A stretch of DNA of 64,000 bases, taken from Octopus bimaculoides (taxonomy: Eukaryota). Of the stretch, positions 50,240-63,150 are shown in pieces. The DNA is taken from positions 84,244,762 to 84,308,761 of the forward strand of contig NC_068987.1 in NCBI RefSeq assembly GCF_001194135.2, given 5' to 3'. Within the stretch, counting starts at the first letter, position 1. Each line of letters starts with the position of its first letter. The position numbers were made by a program, and so were the translations under genes. The notes under the pieces are model-generated. The model was not told the origin of the DNA and did not search any database. It worked only from the letters and a program-made list of their open reading frames with translations.

Positions 50240-50640
50240 CTGTTTGCTTCCCAGCCACTTGATTTCGAGTTCACTCCTACTACATTACACCTTGGGTGAC
50301 TGTCATCCATATAGCATCGGGCCAAACAAATCCTCCGGAGTGGATTTGGTAGACAGAGGCTGAATAAAGCCTGGCATATACATGTGTGTGTTGGTGGTGG
50401 TGGGGGAGTGCGCACGCGTGTCTTTGTGTCTGTATTTGTCCCACACCGCCGCTTGACAATCGGTGCTGCTGTGTTTACGTCCTCGTGGCACTGGTGTTCG
50501 ACAAAAGAGACCGATAGAATGAGTAAAAAGCTTAAAAAGAATTACTTGCGTCGATTGGTTCGGCTAAGACACTTCAGGGTGGTGCCCCAGTATCGCCGCG
50601 ATCTAATAACTGAAATAAGAAAAAGAAGACAGATAAAAGA
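50240..50640 (+). mobile_element. SINE family A
   Basis: gagtggatttggtagacagagg...tgtcccacaccgccgcttgacaatcgg...cttcagggtggtgccccagtatcgccgc. Confidence 0.8.
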
Positions 50641-51859
50641 TATATATATATATATATATANNNNNNNNNNNNNNNNNNNNNNNNNNNNNNNNNNNNNNNN
50701 NNNNNNNNNNNNNNNNNNNNNNNNNNNNNNNNNNNNNNNNNNNNNNNNNNNNNNNNNNNNNNNNNNNNNNNNNNNNNNNNNNNNNNNNNNNNNNNNNNNN
50801 NNNNNNNNNNNNNNNNNNNNNNNNNNNNNNNNNNNNNNNNNNNNNNNNNNNNNNNNNNNNNNNNNNNNNNNNNNNNNNNNNNNNNNNNNNNNNNNNNNNN
50901 NNNNNNNNNNNNNNNNNNNNNNNNNNNNNNNNNNNNNNNNNNNNNNNNNNNNNNNNNNNNNNNNNNNNNNNNNNNNNNNNNNNNNNNNNNNNNNNNNNNN
51001 NNNNNNNNNNNNNNNNNNNNNNNNNNNNNNNNNNNNNNNNNNNNNNNNNNNNNNNNNNNNNNNNNNNNNNNNNNNNNNNNNNNNNNNNNNNNNNNNNNNN
51101 NNNNNNNNNNNNNNNNNNNNNNNNNNNNNNNNNNNNNNNNNNNNNNNNNNNNNNNNNNNNNNNNNNNNNNNNNNNNNNNNNNNNNNNNNNNNNNNNNNNN
51201 NNNNNNNNNNNNNNNNNNNNNNNNNNNNNNNNNNNNNNNNNNNNNNNNNNNNNNNNNNNNNNNNNNNNNNNNNNNNNNNNNNNNNNNNNNNNNNNNNNNN
51301 NNNNNNNNNNNNNNNNNNNNNNNNNNNNNNNNNNNNNNNNNNNNNNNNNNNNNNNNNNNNNNNNNNNNNNNNNNNNNNNNNNNNNNNNNNNNNNNNNNNN
51401 NNNNNNNNNNNNNNNNNNNNCTTCTTCTTCTTCTTCTTCTTCTTCTTCTTTTTCTTCTTCTGGTACTGCTGCTTAAACAATCGAAATCCGGAGCCAACAT
51501 CCCTCATATTAGATATTTGTTCAGATCTGCTACTACCTACATACCAAGCTTCCACAGAAGTAAAAGTGAGAGGGACTGGAAAAAAGGAAAATGGCCACCT
51601 ATTTGAAATCTATTGAAATATAAAAAAAAGCAAAAAAAACATTTCATTTAATTTTTCCACAATTTAACTGTTTTTCATGCTTTTCTATAAGTTGAAAATG
51701 TCGCGAAAAATTAAACCTGTACTAAAATGTTCTTCATGATAAAATTATTTTAGCATTTTCTAACTTGTCCTATTTTCTTTATACATATGAACTCGCGTGT
51801 TACTTTTCATCCTTACACGCGCGCGCGCGCACACACACACACACACGCGCGCGATATTA

Positions 51860-52015
51860 TTTTTATTCTAACATAGACATTAGCACTGCTGTATGTGACT
51901 TACAAGCAAGCAATAAAAATAGCGGTAGTGCTGGAAAGAGTACATCTTTATTAGTGATACTCCTTCGTATTTTTGTTGTGAATATATATGATATATGATA
52001 TATATCTATATGTAA

Positions 52016-52060
<45 letters not shown>

Positions 52061-52745
52061 GCACTCACACACAAACGCACATATCTATAATATCATATAT
52101 ATATACATGATATTATGTATATATATGTGTGTGTTTTTTTGTGTAAGAATTAGATGTATTTCACATAATAAATATATATCTATATTACAACATTATATAA
52201 TAAATGGATGGATAGGCATACTTTTGCTGCAAAAGTAGAGCAGATGCTTTATACAATGTATGATTTTGTTCAGTTATATATCAAATCTAAATTGCTTGAT
52301 ATGTATTCTTTTAAAATTATGACACCAACACATTAAATTTACGCAAAATACTGTATTTGATTCAAATAACATTGTCCAAATAATTTGTGATGTTTTATCA
52401 ATGTTAGTATCAACATATCTTTTCTTGTTTCTCAGCGTACAAAGTGATGATGATCTGGGGAAAAAGATAAGAAGTGTCATTTACGCTTCTGTCACAGACG
52501 AAACTACCTGTCATTTCTTCATGTATAATAGCATTTCTTACATGATTTACTGCTGCCAAAATTTCTGTGACTTCAATGGTATTTGTTCTACAGGTGAGAA
52601 AACTGTAACGCAATTTTATCCTGATGTAGATATTAGTACAGCTTTAAGCGGTTTACTGTTAGCAAGCTGCAAACATACCAGTAATGCTGGAAAGAGTATA
52701 TTTTTACGTGTAATACTCGTTCGTAAATTTGCTGTGAATATTTTT
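51860..52745. repeat. Diverged pair of about 130-bp paralogous segments (51860-51985 and 52612-52742)
   Basis: Manual alignment with one 3-nt indel; shared cores ttag(c/t)ac, agcaagc, gctggaaagagta, gtgaatat. Confidence 0.8.
52436..52593 (+). CDS. Candidate Cys-containing exon, weakly PAN/apple-like
   Basis: atcttttcttgtttctcag|C...ACAG|gtgaga; open frame VQSDDDLGKKIRSVIYASVTDETTCHFFMYNSISYMIYCCQNFCDFNGICST. The C..F.YN motif is only suggestive. Confidence 0.35.
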
Positions 52746-53267
52746 TTGATTAAATAATCAATAGTAAATAGTTTGCATGATTGCTTACGTTTATATACAA
52801 GATGAAGTGTGGGCTACGAACATAAAGTGATATTTTTGATAAAATTCAAACGCTATTATTTATTTATATTTTGTGTTATAAAAGAGTAAAAGAGTGTTTT
52901 ATTCTGTAAAATTGCGTCCTTATATTTATAGATCTTATTGTTATAGGTCTTTGACGCAATCATGATTAGATCTGCGCATTTCTGCTGGTAAATGTGACAG
53001 ATGTACCTTTGAAAAACTCGGGCAGAGAAAAAAGAATACCGAATATTTTAACTCGAATGCACATCTTCATATTTTTTTCTACTGTTCTACTTAATTTGTG
53101 CCAATATTCGTCGGTGAATACTACACATACATACACACACACACAGACATACACACACACAGACATACACACACATTCACACGTACATACGCATCCGGGA
53201 CAGATCAAACTCCCTTCCCGAGACACAGGCTTATAAGAACGGTTTCCCGGATGCTATGGCATATATT

Positions 53268-53695
53268 CTTTTCTACTCCAGGCACAAGGGCCGAAATTTT
53301 GGGGGAAGGACCCAGTCCATTAGATCGACCACAGTACGCAAATGGTACTTAATTTATCGACCCCGAAAGGATGAAAGGCAAAGTCGACCTCGGCGGAATT
53401 TGAACCCAGAACGTAAAGACACGAAATACCGCTAAGCATTGCGCCCGGCGTGCTAACGTTTCTTGTTTCTTTATTGTCAGAAAGGGGTTAAACATAGAGG
53501 GGACAAACAAGGACAGACAAAGGGATTAAGTCGATTACATCGACCCCAGTGCGTAACTGCTACTTAATTTATCGACCCCGAAAGAATGAAAGGCAAAGTC
53601 AACCTCGGCGGAATTTGAACTCAGAACATAAGGACACGAAATATCGCTAAGCATTTCGTCCGGCGTGCTAACCTTTCTGCCAGCTCGCCGCCTTA
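53268..53695 (-). mobile_element. SINE family B dimer (B1 copy followed by a 5'-truncated B2 copy) within one 18-bp TSD
   Basis: gatgctatggcatatatt at 53250-53267 and 53696-53713. Confidence 0.9.
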
Positions 53696-55926
53696 GATGC
53701 TATGGCATATATTGGTCCACCTGAAGAACGCTGTATCATGAAAATCGAGTTGCAGGACTAACTCCCAGCATCAGTATAAATTAAAAAAATTACATATAAA
53801 TGTATGAGTCTGTGTGCGTGTGCGTGCGTGTGCGTGCGTGTGCGTGCGTGTGTAAAAAGTTCTTTCTTTCGGATTCTGTCAATAAAGCTAAACTCACGTG
53901 ATGTGGTAGATGAATTCTTTCCAGGAATGTGCGCAGTTGTATCGATGTTCAAAGTACGCATCCCTCCCTGCGTCCCCGAAATGACCTATTTGACTGTAGT
54001 GCATATCAAATTTATGCATCGTCTTTCTTTGTAATGTGTTTCAAAGTATAAAGTCAGATATTTTGTGGTGAATATTTTATTGTCATACATGCACATTTAG
54101 GATCACCTGCATATATGTATTTCATAGATGTATGCATATACAAAGTTTTCATTTAAAAACCTTTATTCATGCTTAGTAAATAAAAAAAACAAAAATGACT
54201 TAAAAGGATGTTGCAATTCGCTCGAAGCATTGCAATATATGCAAATTAGATTTGTTCGAAGAGAAAAAAAACGTAGAGAAATGTAGCTGAAGAGCTACAG
54301 AAAGTATGTAATGTGATGTCAGTGAATAAAAACAAACAGAACATATATTGTATTTCCTTATATAGGTTCCTTAATGATCCAATATTGTTTAGGGGAAAAT
54401 CACTTTTTGAAGTAGAATACTAGATAAGTCTGTCCATAACATGACTTTTCTCTCAAGTTTTTGGTAATTTTTTATTCTTCGAGAATTTTCCTCGAAATAT
54501 TGCAAGATCATTAAAGAACCTGCGTGATGTAAGACAATCTCTTCTGTTTGTTTTCATTCATTGACATGGCGTAACATCTATGGCTAAATTCCTCACTTGC
54601 ATTGCTCAAAGAGTTTTTCAAGCATCTCGTTTAAGCCTGCAATACTTCAATTTTCATATTCGTTTTCAGTAATGAGTTTCCCATTCTAGAATCGAAGTAT
54701 CTCCTTAACTACAGACATACTATTTACTGCGATATACATTAATATTACTTAACAGAAAACGAATAAAAACTATTTGTTTCCTTGCCTTGAGGTCTTGTCT
54801 TTCACAAATTAACACATTTGTCTAACTTAGCCAATTAGTAACTATATTCCGGTCATATTAACAAGAAATAGTTGAAGTAAAATATTTCGCTCAAGGAATG
54901 TTTGAGCGTGTTAAGAAATCTGATGTTGGTAAACTATAATAAATCGATTTATCTCATATAATATCATATAATGAAACTTTTCCCGTAGTTTTTGAATCTT
55001 TACAAAATGATTAATTTGGAAAAATATATAAAAAAAAAATTTAAACATCTAAAATATATTAAATTTAGTGGACATACTATTTATCTGAATAATGAGTGTT
55101 TTTTCTTTCTTTTTAACGCTTCTGTTGAATATTATATAGAATAAACTTACTGCTGTAAATAGGTCTATTCATATTCATTTGCGAAAGTGATTAATTTCCA
55201 TTTATATTTCATAAACTTCTAAGGCAATATATATAAAGTTAGCAAACATTTTCAATGCAGAACATGAAAGATGAAAGCTATCAATAGGATCAAAATAGAA
55301 AGATGCGCAAAGAAAGAGCGATAGAAAATTTGTGAGAAATTGTGAATACGATAAAGAGAGGAGAGCTACAAAGAATTCTATAGAAAGAAAGAGAAACAGA
55401 GAGACAGAAAGAGAGAGAGAGAAGGGCAGAGAGAGAGAGAAAGTGAGGGAGAGAGTGAGGAGTGAGAAATAAAAGAGTATTAAAGTGACAAGCTGAAACA
55501 TCGACTTCGCTACCGTTTTGTATTCCAAAATTCCATACTGACGTTTTTATTAAAATGTTGACAAAACATTCTTCCACATAAAACCAACTGTACTTACTAT
55601 TAACTAACTGCTGTTAGAAGTGCAATTTTCAACAATTATCAAGAGATTTCTAATTCAAGATTCAGATAATTTAATAGTTTCGGAGAAGAGTAAAGGAAAA
55701 ATTGAAAATCAAAATTGCTGTATATAAGTTGTACGTAGAAAACATCAAAAGAAGAATGTGCATAATGAGATAGTAATGGATTATTCAACACCACTTTTTT
55801 TATTTCTACATTTTAAGCTATTTTTCGATTCTTTATTTCCCATTTTCACTTCCTCAAGTTGTTGTTGATTTTGTTGTTTTCGTAGCTGTCGTTGTTGTCA
55901 TCGTAGTCCTAGAAGTAGTAGAAGCT

Positions 55927-56085
<159 letters not shown>

Positions 56086-56267
56086 TAGCCTAAGTAGTGA
56101 TATATTTATTGCACGATATTCAAAGAGTTAGCACAATCACGAGTGTGATAGAGAGAAAGAAAGGTTATTTTTCTGGTTAACCTCTGCTATTTTGTTACCG
56201 GCGAGTCATTTTCAGAGGAGAAAAAAAAAACATATCGATCTAGATCTCAAGCGCACACTGGTATATC

Positions 56268-56325
<58 letters not shown>

Positions 56326-57180
56326 ATTCATTTATTCATCTGCAATCATATGTAGCCTGCCCTCGGTGTATATAGTACATCGTTTCTACTAAATACCATG
56401 TAAGTATTGTATGTATGTATATATGTATGCATGTATGTATGTATGTATGTATGTATGTATGTACGCATGTTTGTATTCATCATGTATGTATGTAAGCATA
56501 TATGTATGTGCTATCTGTGTACGTATATATGTACATATGTGTTTATATATGTATATATCTATGTATTCATGTGTATGTATTCCTGCATATATGTTTGTAT
56601 GTCCGTACGCACTTTTGTATTTATCTTGAGGAATGTATGTATGTGTGTATGTATGTATGTATGTTTTTAATTTGTATCTATTTCTCTTATTTTATCTTAT
56701 TTATTTATTTATTTATTTAAATAATTAGATGAGGAGGGGATAGTGCTCCTCTGTTCATCCAAGCCATGGCGAAGGCAATCTATGTAAGAGAAAGTAACTG
56801 TGAATTTAAATACTTCACTGGTCTCTTGTAGTTAGCCTTTGGTTGGGCAAAGACTGGTTGGGCAAATGCATCCAATGATGTCGACTTGTTCTTTGTGGAT
56901 CATGCTTTGTAGTTTAGAGAGTGAGACTGGTTGCTATGCAAAACTTTTCGTCACTTTAAAAAGTGTCAAGCACAGGTATCGCTGGAGAGGAAAAAGAAAT
57001 GAACATCTTGCATGTGCATGGCTGGCCGAAGCTTAAAAAGGCACATCTAAACAATGAAAGTTCATTTTGATAATGAAATGTGATGTATGTATGAAAGTGA
57101 ATCTGTTTCATTAACGTTTGATGAACTTGAAAGTATTTTAAACTGAAATGCGTTAAAGTTTTTGAATTAAGATGACTGTA

Positions 57181-57577
57181 TGTGACTGTGTGGTAACTAG
57201 CTTGCTTACGAACCACATGGTTCCGGGTTCAGTCCCACTGCGTGGCACCTTGGGCAAGTGTCTTCTACTATAGCTCTGGGCGGACTAAAGCCTTGTGAGT
57301 GGATTTGGTAGACGGAAACTAAAAGAAGCCCGTCGTATATATGTATATACATATGTATGTATGCGTGTGTATATGTTTGTGTGTCTGTGTTTGTCCCCCC
57401 AACATTGCTTGACAACAGATACTGGTGTGTTTACGTCCCTGTAGCTTATCGGTTCAGCAAAAGAGACCGATAGAATAAGTACTAGGCTCACAAAGAATAA
57501 GTCCTGGGGTCGACTTGCTCCACTAAAAAGCGGTGCTCCAGCATGGCCGCAGTCAAATGACTGAAACATGTAAAAGG
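57181..57577 (+). mobile_element. SINE family A, near full length reference copy
   Basis: tRNA-like head (gtgtggtaa...ggttccgggttcagtccc), central microsatellite, tail gcggtgctccagcatggccgcagtcaaatgactgaaac. Confidence 0.92.
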
Positions 57578-57933
57578 GTATAAACTAGAATTCCATTCAG
57601 CTTTTCAAACAATCAAGAATCACTGAAAACTAAAATCGTGTATCATTTCTTGCATTATCAATGCTTGTATGAAGTTTTTTTTTTTTTTGTTCCTATAGGG
57701 TAATGTAGGTTAGTGTTTTCTAGATATATTCAAACCTCATTTTGAAGGAGAAAAACTTGTTCTAATATCACTGACTTATAAATTATAGATCTCTGTGTAT
57801 GGATTCAATGCGGGTTTGAACTGAAGAGTCTAGGTTGCACGTTGATGAAGCTTTACTGAAGTAAGATTTTTGAAGAATTTAAGAATATCATTCTCACGGC
57901 TGCGTGAGCTTCACTATATTATATGTAACATAC

Positions 57934-57959
57934 CTGTAGTTGCTTGGAAATGTGTTAAC
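57934..57959 (-). CDS. Candidate 26-nt micro-exon
   Basis: attccttcag|GTTAACACATTTCCAAGCAACTACAG|gtatgt; splice signals only. Confidence 0.25.
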
Positions 57960-58019
57960 CTGAAGGAATTCTACGATAGTAACAGCTGCTAGAAGTCAGA
58001 GGTTTGATGGGAAATTTAA

Positions 58020-58480
58020 TAGTATATCATAATGCTATGGATTAGAGTTAGATGGAATCCTTTATTTATTTCTTGATGGAAAATCTTACTTTCTGAGTTC
58101 ATACAGGGATCAAGAAAATATTGTACCATTTGTTATCAGAATCGGTAGAGGATAAGTGCTTACAGATTATATGTCTGAGTCTCCACGTTCAGATTTGATA
58201 TTTCAAAGAGCTTCAAGTTCCTATCATCTGTCTTAGATTGATTTAAGGAAAAACTAGAGATGGGAAGCTTCATAGTATATCGTTATATTAAGGATTAGAA
58301 TGTTAGATAGAATCCTTTATTTCTTGAAGGAAAATCTTACTTCTTGAGTTCATACAAGGATCAAGAAAATGTACCATTTGTTATCAGAATTGCTAGAAGA
58401 TAAAGTCTTCACGTTCTGATTTCATATTCTAAAGAGATTCAAGTTTCTATCATGTCTTGGATCGATTAATGGAAAAGCTA
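58020..58480 (+). repeat. Diverged tandem duplication, unit about 250 bp, 2 copies
   Basis: gaatcctttattt...ggaaaatcttact...gagttcatac...ggatcaagaaaat...gtaccatttgttatcagaat...cacgttc...tcaagtt.ctatcat occurs twice; copy 2 has an internal deletion. Confidence 0.9.
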
Positions 58481-58589
58481 GTCAAGAAATGTGAAAAAAA
58501 TATCATAAGTCTAGTTACCCGATTTGCGCGTCGGATAACTGACCGAGATAACAACAGTCCTCTTGAATGAAACACCAGTCTGTGGCTGG

Positions 58590-58792
58590 GTTCAAAGTCA
58601 GCAAATTTGATGGGACGGAGCAGTTCGAATAAGCCAACCTCGGACTAGAATGTTGTGTTACTTTATAGACTCCGAACGGATGAAAGCAAGTTCACCGCGG
58701 TGGGGTTTGACATCAGACCATAAAGAGCCAGAAGAAATGCCGCTAAGCATTTTGCCTGAAATGCGAAGGACTTTGCCAACTTGCCGCCTTGG
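58590..58792 (-). mobile_element. SINE family B, diverged
   Basis: ggatgaaagcaagttcaccgcgg...gaaatgccgctaagcattttgcc...ttgccaacttgccgcctt. Confidence 0.7.
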
Positions 58793-59425
58793 AAAAATTA
58801 TATAATCCCATTTTAATCACCATGAGAACTTGACATGTACGTTATGATATTGGTTCATTCACTGCATAAATGCTTTATAAACTCCTTTGCTGTATGTTAG
58901 ATTTGAACGAAATGTAAATATAATATAACTAAATTCATTTAGACAGGAATCGAAGCTAATGTCTCTGCAGAGTGTCTAAATCAAAACACGACATGAATTC
59001 CATAATCAGAAGCGACTTATCTTAATGTATATTTTTAAGCATAAGCATGCTGGAAATAAAGCATTAATAATGCCATCTTAAAAAAGTAGGAAGAAAACCT
59101 TACTAGAAAAATATCGATGTTCATAAAAGATCGTAGCAAGGATCATTAAGAAAGGCACCGTTGTTTCTTCTAAGTCAGGGAATAGCTTTAGAAATCAGGA
59201 AAACAGAAAAAAAGAATAAAGAATGTTTTCATGATTTGGGATTTATATATGTAATTGGCGAAGAAATCAAAATAATGATGATTCTATAACTTGTTTGATG
59301 TTGGATTGAAGATAATCATAAGTATTTGTATGTATTTATTCATTTTATATAGATATATATCTAATGTATATATCTGTCTATATATGCATACATTAAAAAC
59401 ATACATACGGAGAGAGAGAGAGAGA

Positions 59426-59456
<31 letters not shown>

Positions 59457-59466
59457 NNNNNNNNNN

Positions 59467-59504
<38 letters not shown>

Positions 59505-60432
59505 GGGGGAGAAAGATGTATGCATGAAAATGCACGTGTCTCGTTTAAGAAAAGTCACATAATTAATAATTAATAAGAACCATATCATAATATTACGTAG
59601 ATCATTAGAAAGCCGAGTCATATATCACAGTTAATTAATTAATTATGGTGCTGATCAAAACGAAATAAAAACATACATAACATCGATATCAAAGAAGAAA
59701 CAAGTCAGGAAAAAACACTTCAATCTCTGTAGTATAATTAACCTGTAGCACGATAACAAGAAACAATATTGAAGCAGAAATATAAAGATTACAAAAAAAA
59801 AAAAAAAAAAAAAAAAAACAGAGACAATTTAATATATTCAGAAAAACAAAATTCATTTTCCTCATGAGAAATAACGGTTTGTAAAAATATGATGTAAACA
59901 TGCTAAAAATTATTTTGCAACAGAAAGTTTTGTGATGGAAAATAATATTACTTATGAAATTCATTGTAAACATCATCCAAAGAAAATAAGGTGAAGGATG
60001 ATAATATATATATACAAACACACACACACGCACATGCACACACAAACACATACACACACCTATTGGTTCAACGTTTGTTTTTATGCTTAGTAAAACTACC
60101 TCCACCCAGAATATTTCAGTAATCTGATTGGTTGCTCAGTGATTTCTGTAGAATTTTGAAGTTTTGGCCAGTTAAACGATCATTGGATGATGGTTTCACT
60201 GGCTGAGACCGCGAAGTCACTGCGAATAATATTAGTGTTTAAGAATAATACAAACACACACATACACATATATATGTGTGTGTGTGTTTGCAGTTGTGTA
60301 TTCTTGTCAAGAGCAGAGCTCATTTGTCACCAATGGAGCCACAAATTCAAAATACAAGTTAGTCCAGCAATGGTTTCCTCAGTCACGAGTGGACGGCCAT
60401 CATCATCATATATATATATATATATATATATA

Positions 60433-60654
60433 CACGAGGGGGTACTGAGACGTTTTTGGCTTTGGGTAAAAGAAAATACAGAGAAGAACATGTTAATTGT
60501 GATTTTGTTCGACATGTTCTCCTCCCAGATTTACACACTTATTTCAGCATTCCTTCAGTTTCTCTTAGCCCTGTAAAAGAAGTCGGAAGCTGAGCCTCCA
60601 AGCAGGCCTTTCGCGATAACCTTAAAGCCAGGAAATTTTCAGCACGCTCTCGTG
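60433..60654. mobile_element. Mariner-like MITE with imperfect TIRs
   Basis: Left end TA+CACGAGGGGGTACTGAGACGTTTTTGGCTTT; right end, reverse complemented, CACGAGAGCGTGCTGAAAATTTCCTGGCTTT. Confidence 0.75.
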
Positions 60655-60682
60655 TGTCTGTGTAGGTATAATATACATATAT

Positions 60683-60715
<33 letters not shown>

Positions 60716-60768
60716 NNNNNNNNNNNNNNNNNNNNNNNNNNNNNNNNNNNNNNNNNNNNNNNNNNNNN

Positions 60769-60825
<57 letters not shown>

Positions 60826-61736
60826 AAAACCATACATGCAGGGGGTGTTTTAGCGAGCGTGTAAAACAATTCGGACGTGTACACGCCGTCCAGTATTGTG
60901 TGTGTTCATCTTACTAGGGGGAAAAAGTAGCACCAAGGAGTAATGTATAACTCAAGTGGTCCCTAACATTTTGTATTGTAGGTGTTGCACAATTTTCTAA
61001 TTCGCACATTTAGTAACGGCATGCATGTGAACAGATGCGTTGCTTTTGTGAAGTATAAATCACTTAGTTGTCAGGGCATAAATGAATGCATATGCTAGTT
61101 TTATGAAATAGTTGTAATATCAGTAGAACCGTGACAATTTTGTCAAAAATGATCCATTATTATTGAACAACGCTTCATAAGTGAAAACCGATGCGCTGTA
61201 GTGATACGGTTTGTCAAATAATCAGTTCTTTTCCTTGTCCTGCAAACAAGCGTTCACAACAACGCTACCAGGTTTAGCTCTATTCCTTGCAGTAGCTCGG
61301 ATGTGCAATATTAAATCACCAGGAATATATAACTAAGAAAAACAACACTTTGTACGATAAATTTGTTTACGATACATATTTTGTAAAATGTGGAGATATT
61401 TTGCTATTAAAATTGTGATGTTCAATTTGTTGTTGTTGATGTCCTTCATGTTTTTGTATACTTCCATTGTCACTCTTGATTGACCAGAACAATGAGCAAA
61501 TGTATTTCAGCAATATTCCTCTCACGGTTTTTAGGAGTTTGTGTGTGTGTTTGTGTGGTTGGGAGGTTAACATAAATATGTTGTTTTCTTTTCTAACACA
61601 GTGAAATGTGATTCGGGATTGCTATTTTTACCGAGTTGAGTGACCAGCTATGACCTCTATCAGTGGATCATTCCTCGGTTATGCGAACAGATCCATACAA
61701 ATTTACTTTTGCATATTGAAAATGCATACTAGAAGC

Positions 61737-61773
<37 letters not shown>

Positions 61774-62104
61774 ACACACACACACGCACGCACACACACA
61801 CTCACACACACAAATATGGGAACCATAAAAAAACGACACGACTATTTCAACAGTAAAAAGCCGATATCATAGTAAATTGTTTCTCTTGAGTGTGGTCTCG
61901 TTGTATCACATACACTGTTAAATAACTCAAACAGCCTGATACGATATATGCAATATGATCGTAAAAGCTGTGATCTCATTTGTTTGTATAAGAATCTGAG
62001 GATATAAAGATTATTCTATAATTAAATTACATAGTCTCTATTGAATACCAGTATTCGTTATCAATAAAGCTACCATTGGAAACAAATCGTAAATTATTAC
62101 CATA

Positions 62105-62200
62105 CTTAGGCCTGGTTATCATATTTTGCACCCTCGTGGATTCCTGTTCAATCCCGATGCGCGGCACCTTGAGCAAATGTATTCTAATATAGCACCCGAC
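62105..62200 (+). mobile_element. SINE family A head, diverged
   Basis: ctgttcaatcccgatgcgcggcaccttgagcaaatgtattct. Confidence 0.55.
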
Positions 62201-62249
62201 TGATACCCTGTGACTGATATACAAGGAAATTTATCTAAATTTTGTTAAA

Positions 62250-63150
62250 ACAAACCTGTCAAGTTGTCTACTGCCACTTGTAGAACATGGAGTATTTCCA
62301 TCTTGAAACATCAGTTTCATTCCTTGATTTGCCCAGTTTCAAAATTCTTCAGATGCTACATGGTTTATCTATCTTCAACACTTCTGGTGCCATTAGCTGC
62401 AGATTCACCTTAAGCTCCAGCATTCCTCCCTTGTCCTATATTTCGAATTTCTTCATTGCTACCCGTGAAATTAGTAGACAGTATCCTGGTTTAATTGTGA
62501 CCACCATTTCCGTGAAGTTACAGGACAGAAAGTTCGCCATCTCTTCAAATTTAGAAAATTCACTGCTTCTAGTGTATTGATGTATTCGAAGATATTTTCG
62601 TCAATATAATTTGGTCAGCATGCAAGATAAAGTTACTGGTCGCATTACACTTGGTGGAAGACATAAAATCTTCAGCAATGCCTAGAGGCACCTCGTTCTT
62701 GGAAGGTATTTGTGCTGCCTTCATTCATGAAGGAATCTGCAATGAAAGGCGTTGCAGTATCAAGTGCAATAATTTGCTGGTATTGTTCGACTTCAAATTG
62801 TCTGTTGATAACATATTCTTTCCATGAAACTGCTAATATTTAAACAAAATATTTATCCCTGCTTCTCAGTAAGTGAGGCGATCACTTTCCAGAAGTCAAT
62901 ATTGTTCAACATCCAATATTGGCTATACTTCTTTTATTTAACTTCTAGTTACAAGATGTCTCTTCATTCAAAATGTTGGACAGCCGTGCAAATTAATAAT
63001 TTTTTGTTCGTGACCGCGTTTCCAATATTAAGTAGCGCTATGTGCACTTTGAATTATGTTTCCTTATCAGTTGGGTGATCTTTTTTGCATTTCCTCCTGC
63101 CCCAGAGTACCTGAGTATCAGCAGATATAGAGTAAAGAAGAAAAACCCAT
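62250..63150 (-). mobile_element. Probable decayed RTE-like LINE (APE endonuclease and linker region)
   Basis: Fragmentary motifs SLTEKQG*IF (cf. SLTE.GYTFFW), NQD...SNEEIRN (cf. QDWFDEN..EIR); many stops and frameshifts. Confidence 0.4.
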
